Below are positions 13,801 to 27,700 of a stretch of 64,000 bases of DNA, piece by piece. This stretch comes from Octopus sinensis (Eukaryota): NCBI RefSeq assembly GCF_006345805.1, contig NC_043009.1, positions 55,056,001 to 55,120,000 of the forward strand, read 5' to 3'. The translations under genes and the position numbers were made by a program. Position 1 is the first letter of the stretch, and each line of letters starts with the position of its first letter. Below the pieces are notes generated by a model. It worked only from the letters and a program-made list of their open reading frames with translations. It was not told the DNA's origin and did not search any database.

Positions 13801-16800
13801 GTGTCTTCAACTGTAGTCCCATCCCATGCTGTCCAAAGCTTTTTGAGTGGATTTAGTAGATGGAAACTGGAAGAAGTCCATGAGTGTGTGTCACTGTCAT
13901 ACAAGTGATGTCCTTCATTTCCAATCTTATGGAAACATGTCTAGTCATGGGGAAAGAAGTATTCTGGCTATAGAAAATCCTCGAATTCCATCTAACCCAT
14001 GTGAGCATGAGAAAGTTGACATTAGAATGATGTTTCTAATTTAGACAAGACCAGCAGTTTTGAGAGAAGGGAGTTATGTGATTAAATCAACCCCGTTACT
14101 TGACTGTTGCTTTATTTTACTGACATCAGAAGGACAAATGGCAAAGTTGACCTTGGCATGATTCTTTTTTTTTTCTTTCTTTCTTTCTTTCTGTCATAAT
14201 ATAGCTGTGTAGAAAGAGAAAGCAGTGACTCTGCTGAGAGGGAAAGAAAGTATTATAGAGATAGATAGGGAGAATAACAGTGGGAAGAAGAGACAAACAT
14301 AGCCAGAATCAGCAGCAACTGGGGTAAATAGTCAAGCAAGCTGACCATAAAATATAAAAGAATGGAAGTATTAGTATGTACTCACACTAATACAGTTCAC
14401 TCAGCTGTAGAAATGAGCTGTGGTATCACTGATGCCAAGCCATATTGGCCTTTGCTTTCCCTTGGATAACAGCAGTGGCATGGAGAGGAGAGACTGGTAT
14501 GCATTGGTGACACTTTGGAGGGTGACTTTCTAGGTACAATCCCATGGTCATTCATGATAGAAGGGGGTCTTTACCCTTTTAGTTTAGAAGAGAGGGAATA
14601 TGTATGAGGTAGTTTTTACAGTGTTGGTGTAAGGTTTTTTTCTCTCTTTTCCTGCAATCTAGGATGTTAGTAATTGGTTACAGTACCATCCCAGATATGT
14701 GAGAAGTAGCTCAATATGCTGTTGTGCTTTTAGAGGGCCAGAATTTGACTAGAGCTGAATTATTATCTGGCCTTGAAACAGAACTCTAGTCTTTATGAGA
14801 TAGGTTTAACTATGTTAGAAATGTGAAGCTGCTACTAGAAGTCATCAGTATCTATGAAACCTAGCAGCTATTATGATATCATAGGTTTGTGTATTGTTCA
14901 TAACTAGAGAGGAGGTAATGCAAGATTGTTTTTTTTCATAGGTGGAGCACTTGTCTTTGTACTGTTGAAAGAGATTGTTGTGTGCCAATTAAAGAAAGAT
15001 TTCAAGATCTATGGTTCTGGAAGTGGTTGAAGATGGGTGTGAGGTGTCTCAGTTGCTAATAGATGAGACACATTTGGAAGTGAAGAGTGATATGATCTGC
15101 CAAGGAGTTTGTGTCAGTAAAAGTAACGGAAGGAAGATTGTAGGATAACTGAAAATGATGAAATGTGGATCTGTAATGGAGCAAGTTTGACTGGAAATTG
15201 CTAATCCAAGAGATAAGAGGTAGACATAAGTAGGAGAGTCTTATGTTAGACATGGTGGACAGCTTTACTGCTGTCAAGGGCAATAACATGGCTTTTTGGA
15301 AACTTATGATGTTAAGTTTGCTTCCCAACCACATGATTTTGTGCAAGTGTCTTCTATAGCCCTGGGCTGACCAAACCCTTGTGAGTGTATTTGATAGTTA
15401 GGAACCGAAACATGCCCATCATGTTTATATATGTATATGTGTGTGAATGTATATTTGTGTCTTCTTGCCTTGACATTGTGTAATACCTATAAACAAGTGT
15501 TGTACAAGTAGTCATTCATTTCTGATATTCTGCAAAACACATCTGACCCTTGGTGAAGGTTAGCAAAGAGCATCTAGCCACAGAAAATTTGTCTCAGTAC
15601 TCTCTGCCTGATCCATACAAGCATAGAAAAGTGGACATTAAAATGATGTTTTGCATGCTTGGGAGATTCAGTCTCTGGTTACTGGTGACCCCTGACATGG
15701 GAGAGAAACCAAGTGATGAAGGAGGTAAAGATTTATGAATGGTACCACTACTTTTGAGATATTGAATGTTAGGGCAATATTAGAGAGGTTGCTCTTCTTG
15801 TGAATGGGACCCACTGGAAAGTGTTTCCAGAGACTGAGGTAGATCTCTGGAGACAAAGATTGATCGATAAATTTGGCTGGATTAAGAACTAACATTAGAT
15901 TGCACTGTTTTAGTGGAAGAACCACTGTCAAGAAGAGTCTTTTGTTAGTTAATTTCAAGTCTTAGTATGAGCAGGAATTGGGAGTTCTTGCGCAGTAAGA
16001 AAGTATGAGGTGGGTATTTTCATTAAGCAGTAGTTAAATGAGCCAATCAGAAAAAATTTACTGATAGGTGGGTAAGCTAATTGTTGCAGACAATTTTTTT
16101 AGTAGAAAACAATCCAGTGTGTATGCCATTTGTGTTAGTGAGGGAGGAGTACTAGATGTGAAAGTTGTATGTGTTCATGTCATCAAAAAGGATGGCTTCA
16201 GAAAGTGATGAGTTGAGATAGATCTCTCCTATTGTAGGTCAAGGGATAGTGGTATGACTGCTGGTATAAAGCAACATAAGAAGTTTTAATTAAAACTTCA
16301 TTGCAGGTTTTTTTCACGTTCTATATACGCACACAAAAACACAGACACATATTTGTATGTATTTATGAGGTGCGTTCAAAAACTATCCAACTTTTTTTTC
16401 TTGCCAAAATTAATGCTGCACAAGCAAAATATTTTGGGTGAGCTGTGACACCACCCTTTCTGCGCATGCTCGAAAATTTTTGTGCCCATAGGCTGAGTCA
16501 GTTCCCAGTTGTTGCACCTAGAGTACAGGTGTATCATGCGCACTCGGCAGATTTTCATTTTCATGCAAGATGACCAAATGCATTGAGCAGAAAAGCCCCT
16601 CATGGGGCTTGCACCCTACCTTGAAAAACACTGATATAGATCTATTCCAACAATACCAAGTCCTTTCTGAATCTAACTTCCATCAGCTGTGAGTATTCAA
16701 ATCTGAGTACTACAACTCACACTAGCATAGTGAAAATTCAAATAAGATTTCATCACTCATCCTGACTACTTTGTATGACACCCAACCCTCTCAGGTCAGT

Positions 16801-18709
16801 GTTAATTGAGTAGATCTATGATCAAAGGCATTCCAGTTATGGCCATTCCATCTTAATATATATCCAAAACTTCATTACTTTAGTCAGTTTTATATTACGG
16901 ACTGCATTACTACTTTGTCTTTTGTTTTATTTTACTTATTAAGACAACAGCACAGGCATGGCTGTCTGGTTAAGAGGCTTACTTCCTAACCGTGTGGTCT
17001 CAGGTTTAATCCCACTGTGTAACATCTTGGGCAAGTGTTGTGGCTTTGGCAGTGGATTTGGCTGACGAAATGGGAATGTGTGTATTTGTTACCCTTGTCT
17101 AGATATCATGGGATGGTTGTAAATGAGCATCACTGTCATAAATGAGGTTGTTAGTGTCCAGTCTTCCACAGAAAAAGCTGTCTAGCTATGTGGAAATATC
17201 ATTACCTTGCCAAGGAACAGTTCTAGGTTGGCAACAAAAGCATCGACCCATAGAAAATCTGACATGACAAATTCCATCAGACTCATGCAAGTATGGAAAA
17301 ATGGACATTAAATGATGACAATGATTATGAACAGCATGTTATCTCTCATTAGTCTTCCTGCTGCTCTACACAACCAGACAGCTACTGTTGCCACTTGCTT
17401 CTTTCTAGTCTCTCTGCCCCATTCCATCTAACCTTGTGTCTTGAAAGTCTCCACCCTGATACCTCATCACCACTATTTTCAACACTTCCCAGCTCCACCT
17501 GATCCTTCTCTTCCAAGATGTGAATAGTTATATAACTCCTATACAGCAAGAAACCCGTTCGGCTCCAGTCCTCTTCTCTTATACTTTACCATTCTCTACT
17601 CTTCAACATCTGGCCTAAAGTTGTTCCTTTAGGGTTCCTAGTCTTGCAAGCTGCATTAGTGACCTTGCTAATGCCATGAAAAAAGCATCCAGTACGCACT
17701 GTAAACTAATTGATTGTTAGAGCATTCATCCATAGAAACCATGCCAAAGCAGAAATTGGTGCATGATGTAGTCCTTATACCATCAGATACTGTCAAACCA
17801 TCCAATCCATGCCAGCATAAAACACATTTTGAATTTGAATTTTAGGCTCTACTTAAAATGATAAAAATTTAGTTTAGAATCATTAGTGGTTATAATATCT
17901 CCTATTTTCTGTTTGTTCTAGATTTTATATGAAATCAATATACAGTGTGCAATGGGTAAATTGTTGCCATTTTATATTTTTAAATTTTATGCATACACAT
18001 TGTTTTTGATTTTGTCAACTACACAGTATAGTAGGGTCAGTTGGGCACCATCTGTGAGCAAAACAGCACCATGTTGCAATTCACTCTGCCAGAAATTTGG
18101 AAATGACATACTGCTTGGCATTCACAGCAGAAGCTCCAATATGAACATTTCAGAGTGTTTGGGTGTCAATCTGAGGACATGTACTGAGAGTGATAAAAAT
18201 CAAGCATCCAGTCAACATCATGGTGTTTGGAGCGATTACCAGTAGTGACAACTTTCATCTTCCCACACAGCCTCAGACTTGAAAACAGAGGCCTACATCA
18301 AGTGCATGGAGGAGGTAGTACTGCTCTGGCTCAAGAGGGTGGTTGCTGGAAGACCCTATGTCTGGCGATAGGACTCTACACCATGCCACACAAGCAGGAG
18401 AACCCAGTCATGGCTATCAGACAATTTCTGCAACCACATCACACCTAGTGTCCGTCCATCTAACTCCCCAGACTGCAACCCCCTTGATTATTGTGTGGGG
18501 TGCAGTTGAGTGGGAGACCAACAAAACTACTAGTAGTACCAAACATGGTTGAAGTCAATGGTGATTTTATTATTAAATAAATTTACTTTTTAGTATTTCA
18601 AGATATTTTTCTGTAATTTTGATAAATATATCTGTTAAAATGAGATGTCAGTGTTATTTTCATTTTTGTGTAATTTAGACGACAGTTTATTAATTGCATC
18701 CAGTATGTA

Positions 18710-18740
<31 letters not shown>

Positions 18741-21700
18741 GTATATATATGTATGTATATGTATATATATGTATATATATGTATATGTATGTATATATAT
18801 ATGTATGTATATGTATGTATATATATATGTATATATATGTATGTATATGTATGTATATGTATATATATGTATATGTATGTATATGTATATGTATGTATAT
18901 GTATATATATGTATATATATATATGTATATGTATATATATGTATATGTATGTATATGTATGTATATGTATATATATGTATATGTATATATATGTATATGT
19001 ATATATATGTATATGTATATATATGTATATATATGTATATGTATATATATGTATATATATGTATATGTATATATATGTATGTATATGTATATATATGTAT
19101 ATATATGTATATATATGTATATGTGTATATATATGTATGTGTATATATATATGTATATGTATGTATATATATGGAATTTGATGGCCAGACTGTGTTTACA
19201 TAGGAGCTTCCTTTATGGATCAGTTTTCTTTTTCTGGCATTTTTCCATGGTCTAGCAAAGGCCTGGTACCTGGTTTGCCAGGTTTAGACTGGATATAGCT
19301 GGCCCAAATATTCTGCTTGTTTTGTGTTCAAACTAGCTAGATCTGGTTTCTCACCTACCCTACAATGTCATTTTGAAAATAAACAATCATTGTCATCAAA
19401 ATCTCAAAGCTACAAGATAATTCATGATTAATTCAAAACAAGGTGAATAAATAAGCATAACATTTATCTCCTATAGAATGACACCAGACATAAAGCCACC
19501 TCCCTCTCTCTCAAATACACTCCTACTCAGTCGAAGGTTTTTGTTTTCTTTTTTATTTTGTCTTACACGTTACTTGGCAACCTCATTAATGACAGTGTCA
19601 TGAAAAAATAATGGGATTAGTACACTCTTTAAAGTGGTTGGCATTAAGACATTGGAGCCTGATGCAGCTCTGCAGCACATTGAGCTCTGTCAAAGTGTCC
19701 AACCCATGTCAACGTTAAAAACGGGTGTTAAATGATGTCGATGCATTTGATTGAGTAATGTAAATGCTAAAGAGATAAATTGTGGTCAAAACCACGTAAA
19801 TAACAAGATGAAAGTGTACATTAGGTTAAAAGCTTTCATTATCTTCTGAGAAACGTGATGTATTTAAAATTTTAAATCACACCCTTAGCAATGAAATCAG
19901 TCGTTATCTTAGACTTAATTATAGCTATAAAAAAAATTTTTTTTAATTAAAAAAAAAAGGGTGTGGAAACAACTCATTAAACAGAAAGTGAGGATTGTGA
20001 TCTTTAACAGTACAGTAACAACTCTACCAGCAGTTCTCAAACTAATGAATACCAGAACCCTCTGAAAATATTAGTAAAATTTTATGGCACGCTTCCCTAT
20101 CTTATTCTCTCTTCACCATGGTATTCGACAAGTTTTTAAAATAACTGTAATTTTTCTTAATTTTATCAGACATAGCAATTTGTCTGCCTCCTTTTCTGTC
20201 CTTCTAGCCCTCCTTCCAACCTCATGAAAAACATTGACCTACCACCACAGCTATTCACCTTGAGCCAACAAGGAGGCTTCTGTGTGGTTGCTTGGCTTTT
20301 TAGAAATAGCAGTCAAATCTCTCTCAAAATAATCCTATCTTCAAAATGGATAATTGCCATCATCATTTGACATCTCTGTTCCATGCTGGTATGGGTTGGA
20401 CAGTTTGACAGGATTTGATGGACCCAAGAACCACATTGTATTGTGTTGGTGCATAATTGTTGCAACTTTTTTTCAACAAATTTTGTTCAACAAAAACATC
20501 TTTAAATGGTTATTCCAGAGCATATCCACCATCTACTTCAATTACTGCTTCCCATTTGCTTGGCAGACGGTCAGGCTCTCCTTGAAAGCTGTTTTTGTTG
20601 AATAAAATTTGTTGAAAAAATGCTGCAATAATTATGTACCAACCCAATATTTCAGTGTCTGTTTAGTATGGTTACTACAGCTTCTTAATGCCAACCATTT
20701 TCTAGTGTGTATTTGGTAATTTTTTCATGGCACCAGGGAAGTCGCCTTGCAGTTTACAAGATTACAAACCCTGAGTGGGGAAGGAGGAACTTTATGCTTG
20801 GAGTATAAGGGATAAAGGGGTAAAGTATGAGAGAAAGGGTCAGAGCTCAACAGGGATTCTTGTTGTAGAGCAGTGACAGGACTCCTCACATTTTAAAAGA
20901 CACAAAGACAGAAAGTGATAAAGTGTTAGGGTAAACCTTCAATTGAACAGGGTGGTCATGGTTGGAAAACCTTTAGTCACAAATCTGTTCTTACAGGCCT
21001 ACTTGGCAATATGTAACAACTTACAGGATAGTATAATTCATTCAGCAACCAGGGCTGTAAAAACTCCAGTGTTTTGTATTGGAACTAATGAAGCAATTCA
21101 CTTGTCGGCAGCAGTAGTTATCAGTGTTTTTGCTATCTTGTAGTAATGAGTTCATATCCAGCTGCAGATGTGGATTGGAAATAGGCAATGATGGGGAAAT
21201 CCTTGCATCAAAAATGGCAGCAACCATAACAGGGGCTTCCATCCATCCATCAGGATCTCCATGTAATTTATATAAACATACATTTAGCCAGATAAATTTC
21301 TAATAGAATGAATTTTTAAAATTTACAATAGGGCATTACTGATTTCACTCTTTCTAGAGTGAATACGTTCACAATAGACTAGAATATGTTTATTTCAATG
21401 AATTCTCCTAGCTAACTCAGTGTGGAAGACACAACAGACTGCTTTCAGTTTCTGTCTACCATATCCACTCTCAACCTGGAGCTATAGTAGAAGACATTGC
21501 CTAAGGTGCCACTGATTGTGACTGAACCCAAGACCACATGGTTGGGAAGCAAGCTTCTCAACCACACAGCCACACTTGCATCCATAAAATATATTTCAAA
21601 AACCAATGCAACTTGTTTCAGTCATGACGGCTGATTTGTACATACCAGATGGTAGTAGCTGTATGGTAAGGCTTGTATTGTGTAGCACAAGAATATCCAG

Positions 21701-24700
21701 CCCCATCAAAAATGTGGTTGATGAGGTATTTAGATATTGCTTTAGTAACTTCACTAAGCCATACCAGAATTGGAAATTAATAAACATTAAAATGATTTAC
21801 ATAAAATACTATGAAATTTGCAGTTCTATCCAACCCACCTATGTCAGAAAGGGAATTCTCATATTGACTGAGGAGTCATATTTGTCTTAAGGAGCATCTT
21901 TTTTTTTTCTTCAAAATATAAACAGGTGAATGCTGCTCAAATCAACTCCTTTGTGTTTGTATGTTTCTATTATTGAACAGCTTCTACCCCTTTCGCATTT
22001 AAACCAGCCATGCCAGACCCAAATATTTCTACCTGTTTTATGTTCAAAATGTCCAGATCCAGTCTTTTACACCTACCCTTCAATGTCATTCTTAAAAATA
22101 AATAATCACATCATCAAAATCTTGAATCTATTGAAAACAATGTGAATAAGTAAGCATTACACTTGACCAAGTAATCTGAATGCTAAAATAGTAAAACAGG
22201 TAAGCCTCCAGCTAGCAAGGTCTTTTACTACCTTGGTTTCCTTTCTCAGTCAGATTGATTTTACAAGACAGTGGCTTGAACTGGCATTTAATTCTGTTTG
22301 TTTAACCCCAGTCAACCTAGATTGAACATACCTGTGATCAAAACCATTCCAGCTGTAATCAACCATCCTGTCTTTTTGTTGTACCTTGAACTACATTCAT
22401 TATTCAGTGTGTTGTTCCTTGTTTAAAACATTGGAGTTTCATTTGAAAGAAATTTGGCTTTCGTTTCTAGCAGGGTGAATGACCATGTAGAGGTTCTCTC
22501 ACTTGGGTGACTTCTCTAAATATTTGAAATATTGATTGATTCCCTGTTAAGTTTCATATGTTCTCTCTCTCTCTCTCTTCCCCTCTCTCCATTCTTGATG
22601 TGCCTGTCATTGTGATGCTATGTTGAGTTCTTACTTAATTGGATCTGTTATCAATAAATACTATTTCAGTTTTTCATTGGAATCACTGCACACTTAAGGA
22701 ATTTAGAAAAAAATATTAAAGCATAACAATGTTTCCTCCTCTCTCTCTCACTCACTCACTACACTCACTCACTCCACTCACTCACTCACACTTGTAAATA
22801 TTAAGTTTAATAATTGTTTTATTTTAATTAGCAGGTCTAACAAGCACCACGCCTGCAACCGGTTTTTCTTTCTCTGGATTGAGTGGTACTCCTGCAACTA
22901 CCAGTATTGGTTTTGGTATGTATGTATTTTTGTTTGTGTGTGTTTGTGCTTGCATGCATTTGAAAGGTAATGAGCATAGAAATGTCCCTGCTCAAATTTC
23001 ATAGAAAGGTGTAGGCATGGCTGTGTAGTTACAAAGCTCACTTTGCAACCACATGGTTTTTGGGTTCAGTCTCACTGCATGGCATCTTGGGCAAGTGTCT
23101 TCTAATATAGACTTGGGCTGATCAATACCTTGTAGATTAGCAGTAATTGATTAAAGAGAGTAGGTGATCAAATTACGAGGGATTTACCAGACCAAGTATG
23201 TCTGGCAAATTGATTTCAGTAATTAAAAAAATATATAGATACTGTGGTTGTATACTGTCAACTTAACGTGACAGTCCTGTAAAGGAATTACACCACTGCT
23301 GTTTAGCCCTAGGAAGCATCGATGCTTCCTGTCGGCCTTGACGTCAATGCTTCCTAGGGCTAAACAGCGGTGGTGTAATTCCCTTACTGTCACGTTAAGT
23401 TGACAGTATACAACCACTCTATCGCCCCACCTCCGTACATATCTCTATGAGATATTTAGAAATTTAATATTTCTGATATATAGATACTGTTTAACCCTTT
23501 AGCATACAAACCAACCATATCCAGCCTGAATATTTTACCTGTTTATGTTCAAACTGACCAGGTCTGGCCTCTCACACCTACCTTACAATGTCGTTCTAAG
23601 AGTAAAACAACATGAATAAATAAGTACTACATTTGATGGAGTAATCTGAATGCTAAAGGGTTGAATGTTTTTAAGCTGAAAAGCTTAAGCCTAAAGGGCC
23701 AGTGTTAAGCTTCAACTACATTACTTGACCCTTTAAGTCAGTTGATTATGATACATCATTGCCATCATGCCACTCCCATGCCGGTGTGAATTGAATGGTT
23801 CAACAGAATCTGACGAGCTGAGCTCTGTCTTTAGCATGTTTCCTACATCTTGATGCCCCTTCCTAATACCAGCCACTTTAGAGAATGTAATGGGTGCCTT
23901 TTTCAACAGTGTCACTAGTGGGGGTCACTGCAAGATAAGGCCCTTCAACTGAAAATGAGGTGCAGTATTGAGGGAGGTGTCTTTATGCCAGGAGGAACTG
24001 GTGTCATGCTGTAGATGAGATATTCCTGCTGGAAAGAGGGGAAAATAACATCTTAGTTATTTATGGCTGTGGATGAGAAAATAGGATAATTTAAGTTTGC
24101 ATGAACAATGTTTGTATCAGAAAAATCTATTGTTTCTGTTAAATTTTGGTTTTATTTATTATGTTTTTTCTTTTTTTTTTTAATGCCGATCTTAGGTGTG
24201 CAATCTTCATCACTTGGAGGCGGCAGTGGCTTTGGCCTTGGGACTTCAGGTTTTGGCTTGTTTTCAACCACAACAAGTACAACATCTATCACTGGCAGCA
24301 TTCCTAGTTCTCAAATAGCTTCAAAAGGTTTGGGAGGTGTTGATCCAAAAGTGTCCATTGCAGCTTCAGGTAAGTTGTCTGTTTTATCTTTCTGTCATTA
24401 GGGGTGAGCACTAACCAGTATAATGTACCTGTATACATAAGGGACCAAAATTCTTTGTGTATGAATGTTATATTTACCTAGTTTCTTATAAAAGTTTCAC
24501 AGTGCAAACAGCACCTATGAAACTTTTAGTAACAAATCTATATCAAACTTAGTTTTCAGTTGAATGCTTTTTCTTTCTTTACACACTTATTTCTACGCAG
24601 GTGTTAAGAAGTCAGCTTCCCAACCATATGTTTCAGTTTCAGTCCCACTGTGTGACACTCTTGACAAGTGTTTTCTATTATAGCCCCTGGCTGACCAAAG

Positions 24701-27700
24701 CCTTGTGAGTGGATTTTGTAGGTGGGGACTGCATGAGGTTGTTGCACCTATGTATGTGTGTATTGTGACATAGCTTGAAAGTTGTAAATGTCTGTGTCAT
24801 ACAAGCAGTTCCTTGTGAGAACACGTCTGGCCATGAGAGAAATATTACCTTGTTTGGAAACAGGTATGGGTTGGCGACAGAAAGAACATCCAGCTGTAGA
24901 AAGTTTACTTCAGAAAACTCCTGTCCAGCAGACATGGAAAAGTGAATGTTAAAATGATGCTACTGATGTTGATGATCATGGCACATACAGAGTCTGCCAA
25001 AAAAATGTATACACACATTGGGCCTGTTTAAGTTTTTAAGTCATTCATTAGATAAATATGAGGATTTGATTTTAGCCACAATTTATTTTAAGAACTACTC
25101 TATTGCTTGTCCTATTTGATATTTTAACACTTTATGAAATTTACTGTCAACACATTTTATTGTCTTCATTGTCATTCCTACATTTCTATTTCACAGATGG
25201 AACTGGACCCAATGGTAAACAAGCGTAAGTATATCTTTATATGTATTGACTATCATCTCCTGTTGTGTAGCCCTGGTTCAATTTGCCTTACATACCTGTC
25301 AAAAGAAACTAATCCTTATTAGATTATTAGATGTTAACTGTATCTTGCACAATGGTTCTTGACCTGGACAATATTAGTTCCTTGGCCAGGGCCATTTGTG
25401 AAATCACAAGAAGGTGGCTATTATGTACGGGTGATGAGCCCTGGGCTTTAGAGAAGTCAAGATTTTTCTTTGAAGTAAAATATTTAAACCAGTTGCAATA
25501 CTTATATCTTGAACACATTTTCAAAAATAGTCTTTGTCAGCATTAGTATACAGATTGCCACTATGTTATCAGTGAGCAAAAATATGACTGGTGATGCACC
25601 GAAAGTCCTTTATGATTTCATTGCATAAATCTTTTCTTTCAGTAATTTCCATAAAATTGCAATGTACTGGGCACTATTCTACACAAATATCTAAAAGAAA
25701 GTACATACTGGAACTGGACAGGAGAATATAAGAACATTTGATTTATAAATCACTTTGCAAAATGAGATTCTGCTGGATTAAAACAATAACTGGAGTTTTT
25801 ATTTTTTGATAAGGTGTTCTTTTGTAATATGTGGAGTGTTTGTAAAATGCCATTCTGTAAAACAAGTGACTTATAAAAGGTTGAGAACCACTTACACACA
25901 GAAGTTTACCAATGTATAGCCTTATTTTAAGAGGAAAATATTAGACAGTTTTGTTAGCAAAAAAAGCATCTGTGAGAAGTGATGATTGTGTTTAGAGCGA
26001 AAATCTTGGTACATTAATTGCTCTATCGACAGCTTTCCAACCAATGGAAGGAATCTGAATTGAAGACTAGAGGAACTTTATTTATTGCAGGTATGGCTGT
26101 GTTGAGATGCTTACTTCTCATCAATGTGGTGTTGGGTTTAGTCACACTGTGTGACCCTTTGGGCAAGTATCTTCTACTGGCTGACCAAAGCCTTGTGAGT
26201 ACATCTGGTAGTTGGAAACTGAAGGATGTTTGTCGTATGTGTTTGTATATATCCTTGTTTTCATATGTGATTGTAAATATATATCAATCATACAAGCAAT
26301 GTTGCTCATTTATTTTCACCCAAGGTGCTATGCAGTGAGACTAGACCCAAGAATATGTGGTTGAGAAGCAAACTTCTTAACTACACTGCTACACCTGCAC
26401 TTCACCGCCATGCCTGTTTACATACATACATTTATAACATGATTGGAAACATAGAAAGGCATTGTTTGAAACAATATAAAATATAGATAGATAGAATAGG
26501 ATAGGCCCAGACACATCTTTTAATCTAATTGTCAGGTTTGAACCTTGTTATATTCTGTAAATTTTGTATTGTCTTAACTAATGTTTTTTATGTTTCTATT
26601 TTTTAAGGAATTCCAAAGTTTTGAAAGAAACACAATTACCACAGCAGCTGCTCGTTTGTGTAGAACCCCTAAAGTAAGTTTTTGTGAGACTTTTTTTATT
26701 TCTAATATTTCCCTAAAAACTAAAGTTTCTACCCTCATTACTAAGCTTGCATTTTTAATCCATAGTAAAATCCATAAAATTCTCAGATGCACATAACCAA
26801 ATCTGCAACTTGTTTCTGTAAATGTGACAATAGGGTATGGTTTGGGAAGGATTTGGCTATTGTTTCAAGCAGATTGAGTGAACATGTAGAGGCTTCCGCA
26901 TTAACTCCTAATATACTAGACATGGTAGATCTGATACTCTTCTCTATTTAATTTTGTTGGGTGAATTTACTCTGTTGTTAGCTTTCTTCCCTACCAAATT
27001 TGACCATCAGCCTTATTAATCTCACCAGTTTACTGAGTGGGCTGCAATGGTCTTGGGCTTTCTCCTCCATCCCCTATCTTATAGAAAAAATTATAAGAAT
27101 ATTGGTTTCAAATTTTGGCACAAGGCCAGCAAATTTTTAGGGAGTGCAGAACAAGTCTATTACATTGACCTCAGTCAGTGTTCAACTGATACTTATTTTT
27201 GTTGTCCCCCAAAAGGATGAAAGGTAGAGCTGACCTTGGTTGAATTTGAACTCAGAACATAATGAGTCAGAAGAAAATGTAATTTAATAATTTTGCCCTA
27301 ATTGCTTACAATTTTTATTTCTTTTCTGCCCACAAGGGGCTACCAGTGCATAACTGGTACTTATTTAATCGACCCCAAAAGGATGAAAGGCAAAATCGAT
27401 CTCATCGGAGTTTGAACTTAGAACGTAGCGGCAGACGAAATACTGCTACGTATTTCACTCAGCGTGCTAACATTTCTGCCAGTTTGCCACCTTTGTTTTA
27501 ATAAGAATATTGGTTTCAAAATTTGGCACAAAGCCAACAATCTCCAGGGAGGGGCTAAGTCAATTACATTGACCCCAGTACTCAACTGGTACTTATTTTA
27601 TTGACCCCCAAAAGGATGAAAGATGAAGTTGACCTCAGCAGAAGTTGAACTTAGACAGTAAAGATGGACAAAATGCTGCTAAGCATTTGGCCCAGCATGC

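Noticed and set aside
18645-19255. Three 170-180 aa Y/I/M/V/C ORFs
   Set aside because: Translations of a microsatellite that cannot contain stop codons; the same applies to 33974-34270
20940-21790. Minus-strand open frames ([22 protein letters not shown].., HGDPDGW..)
   Set aside because: Cannot be spliced together consistently and match nothing I recognise; possibly old TE debris
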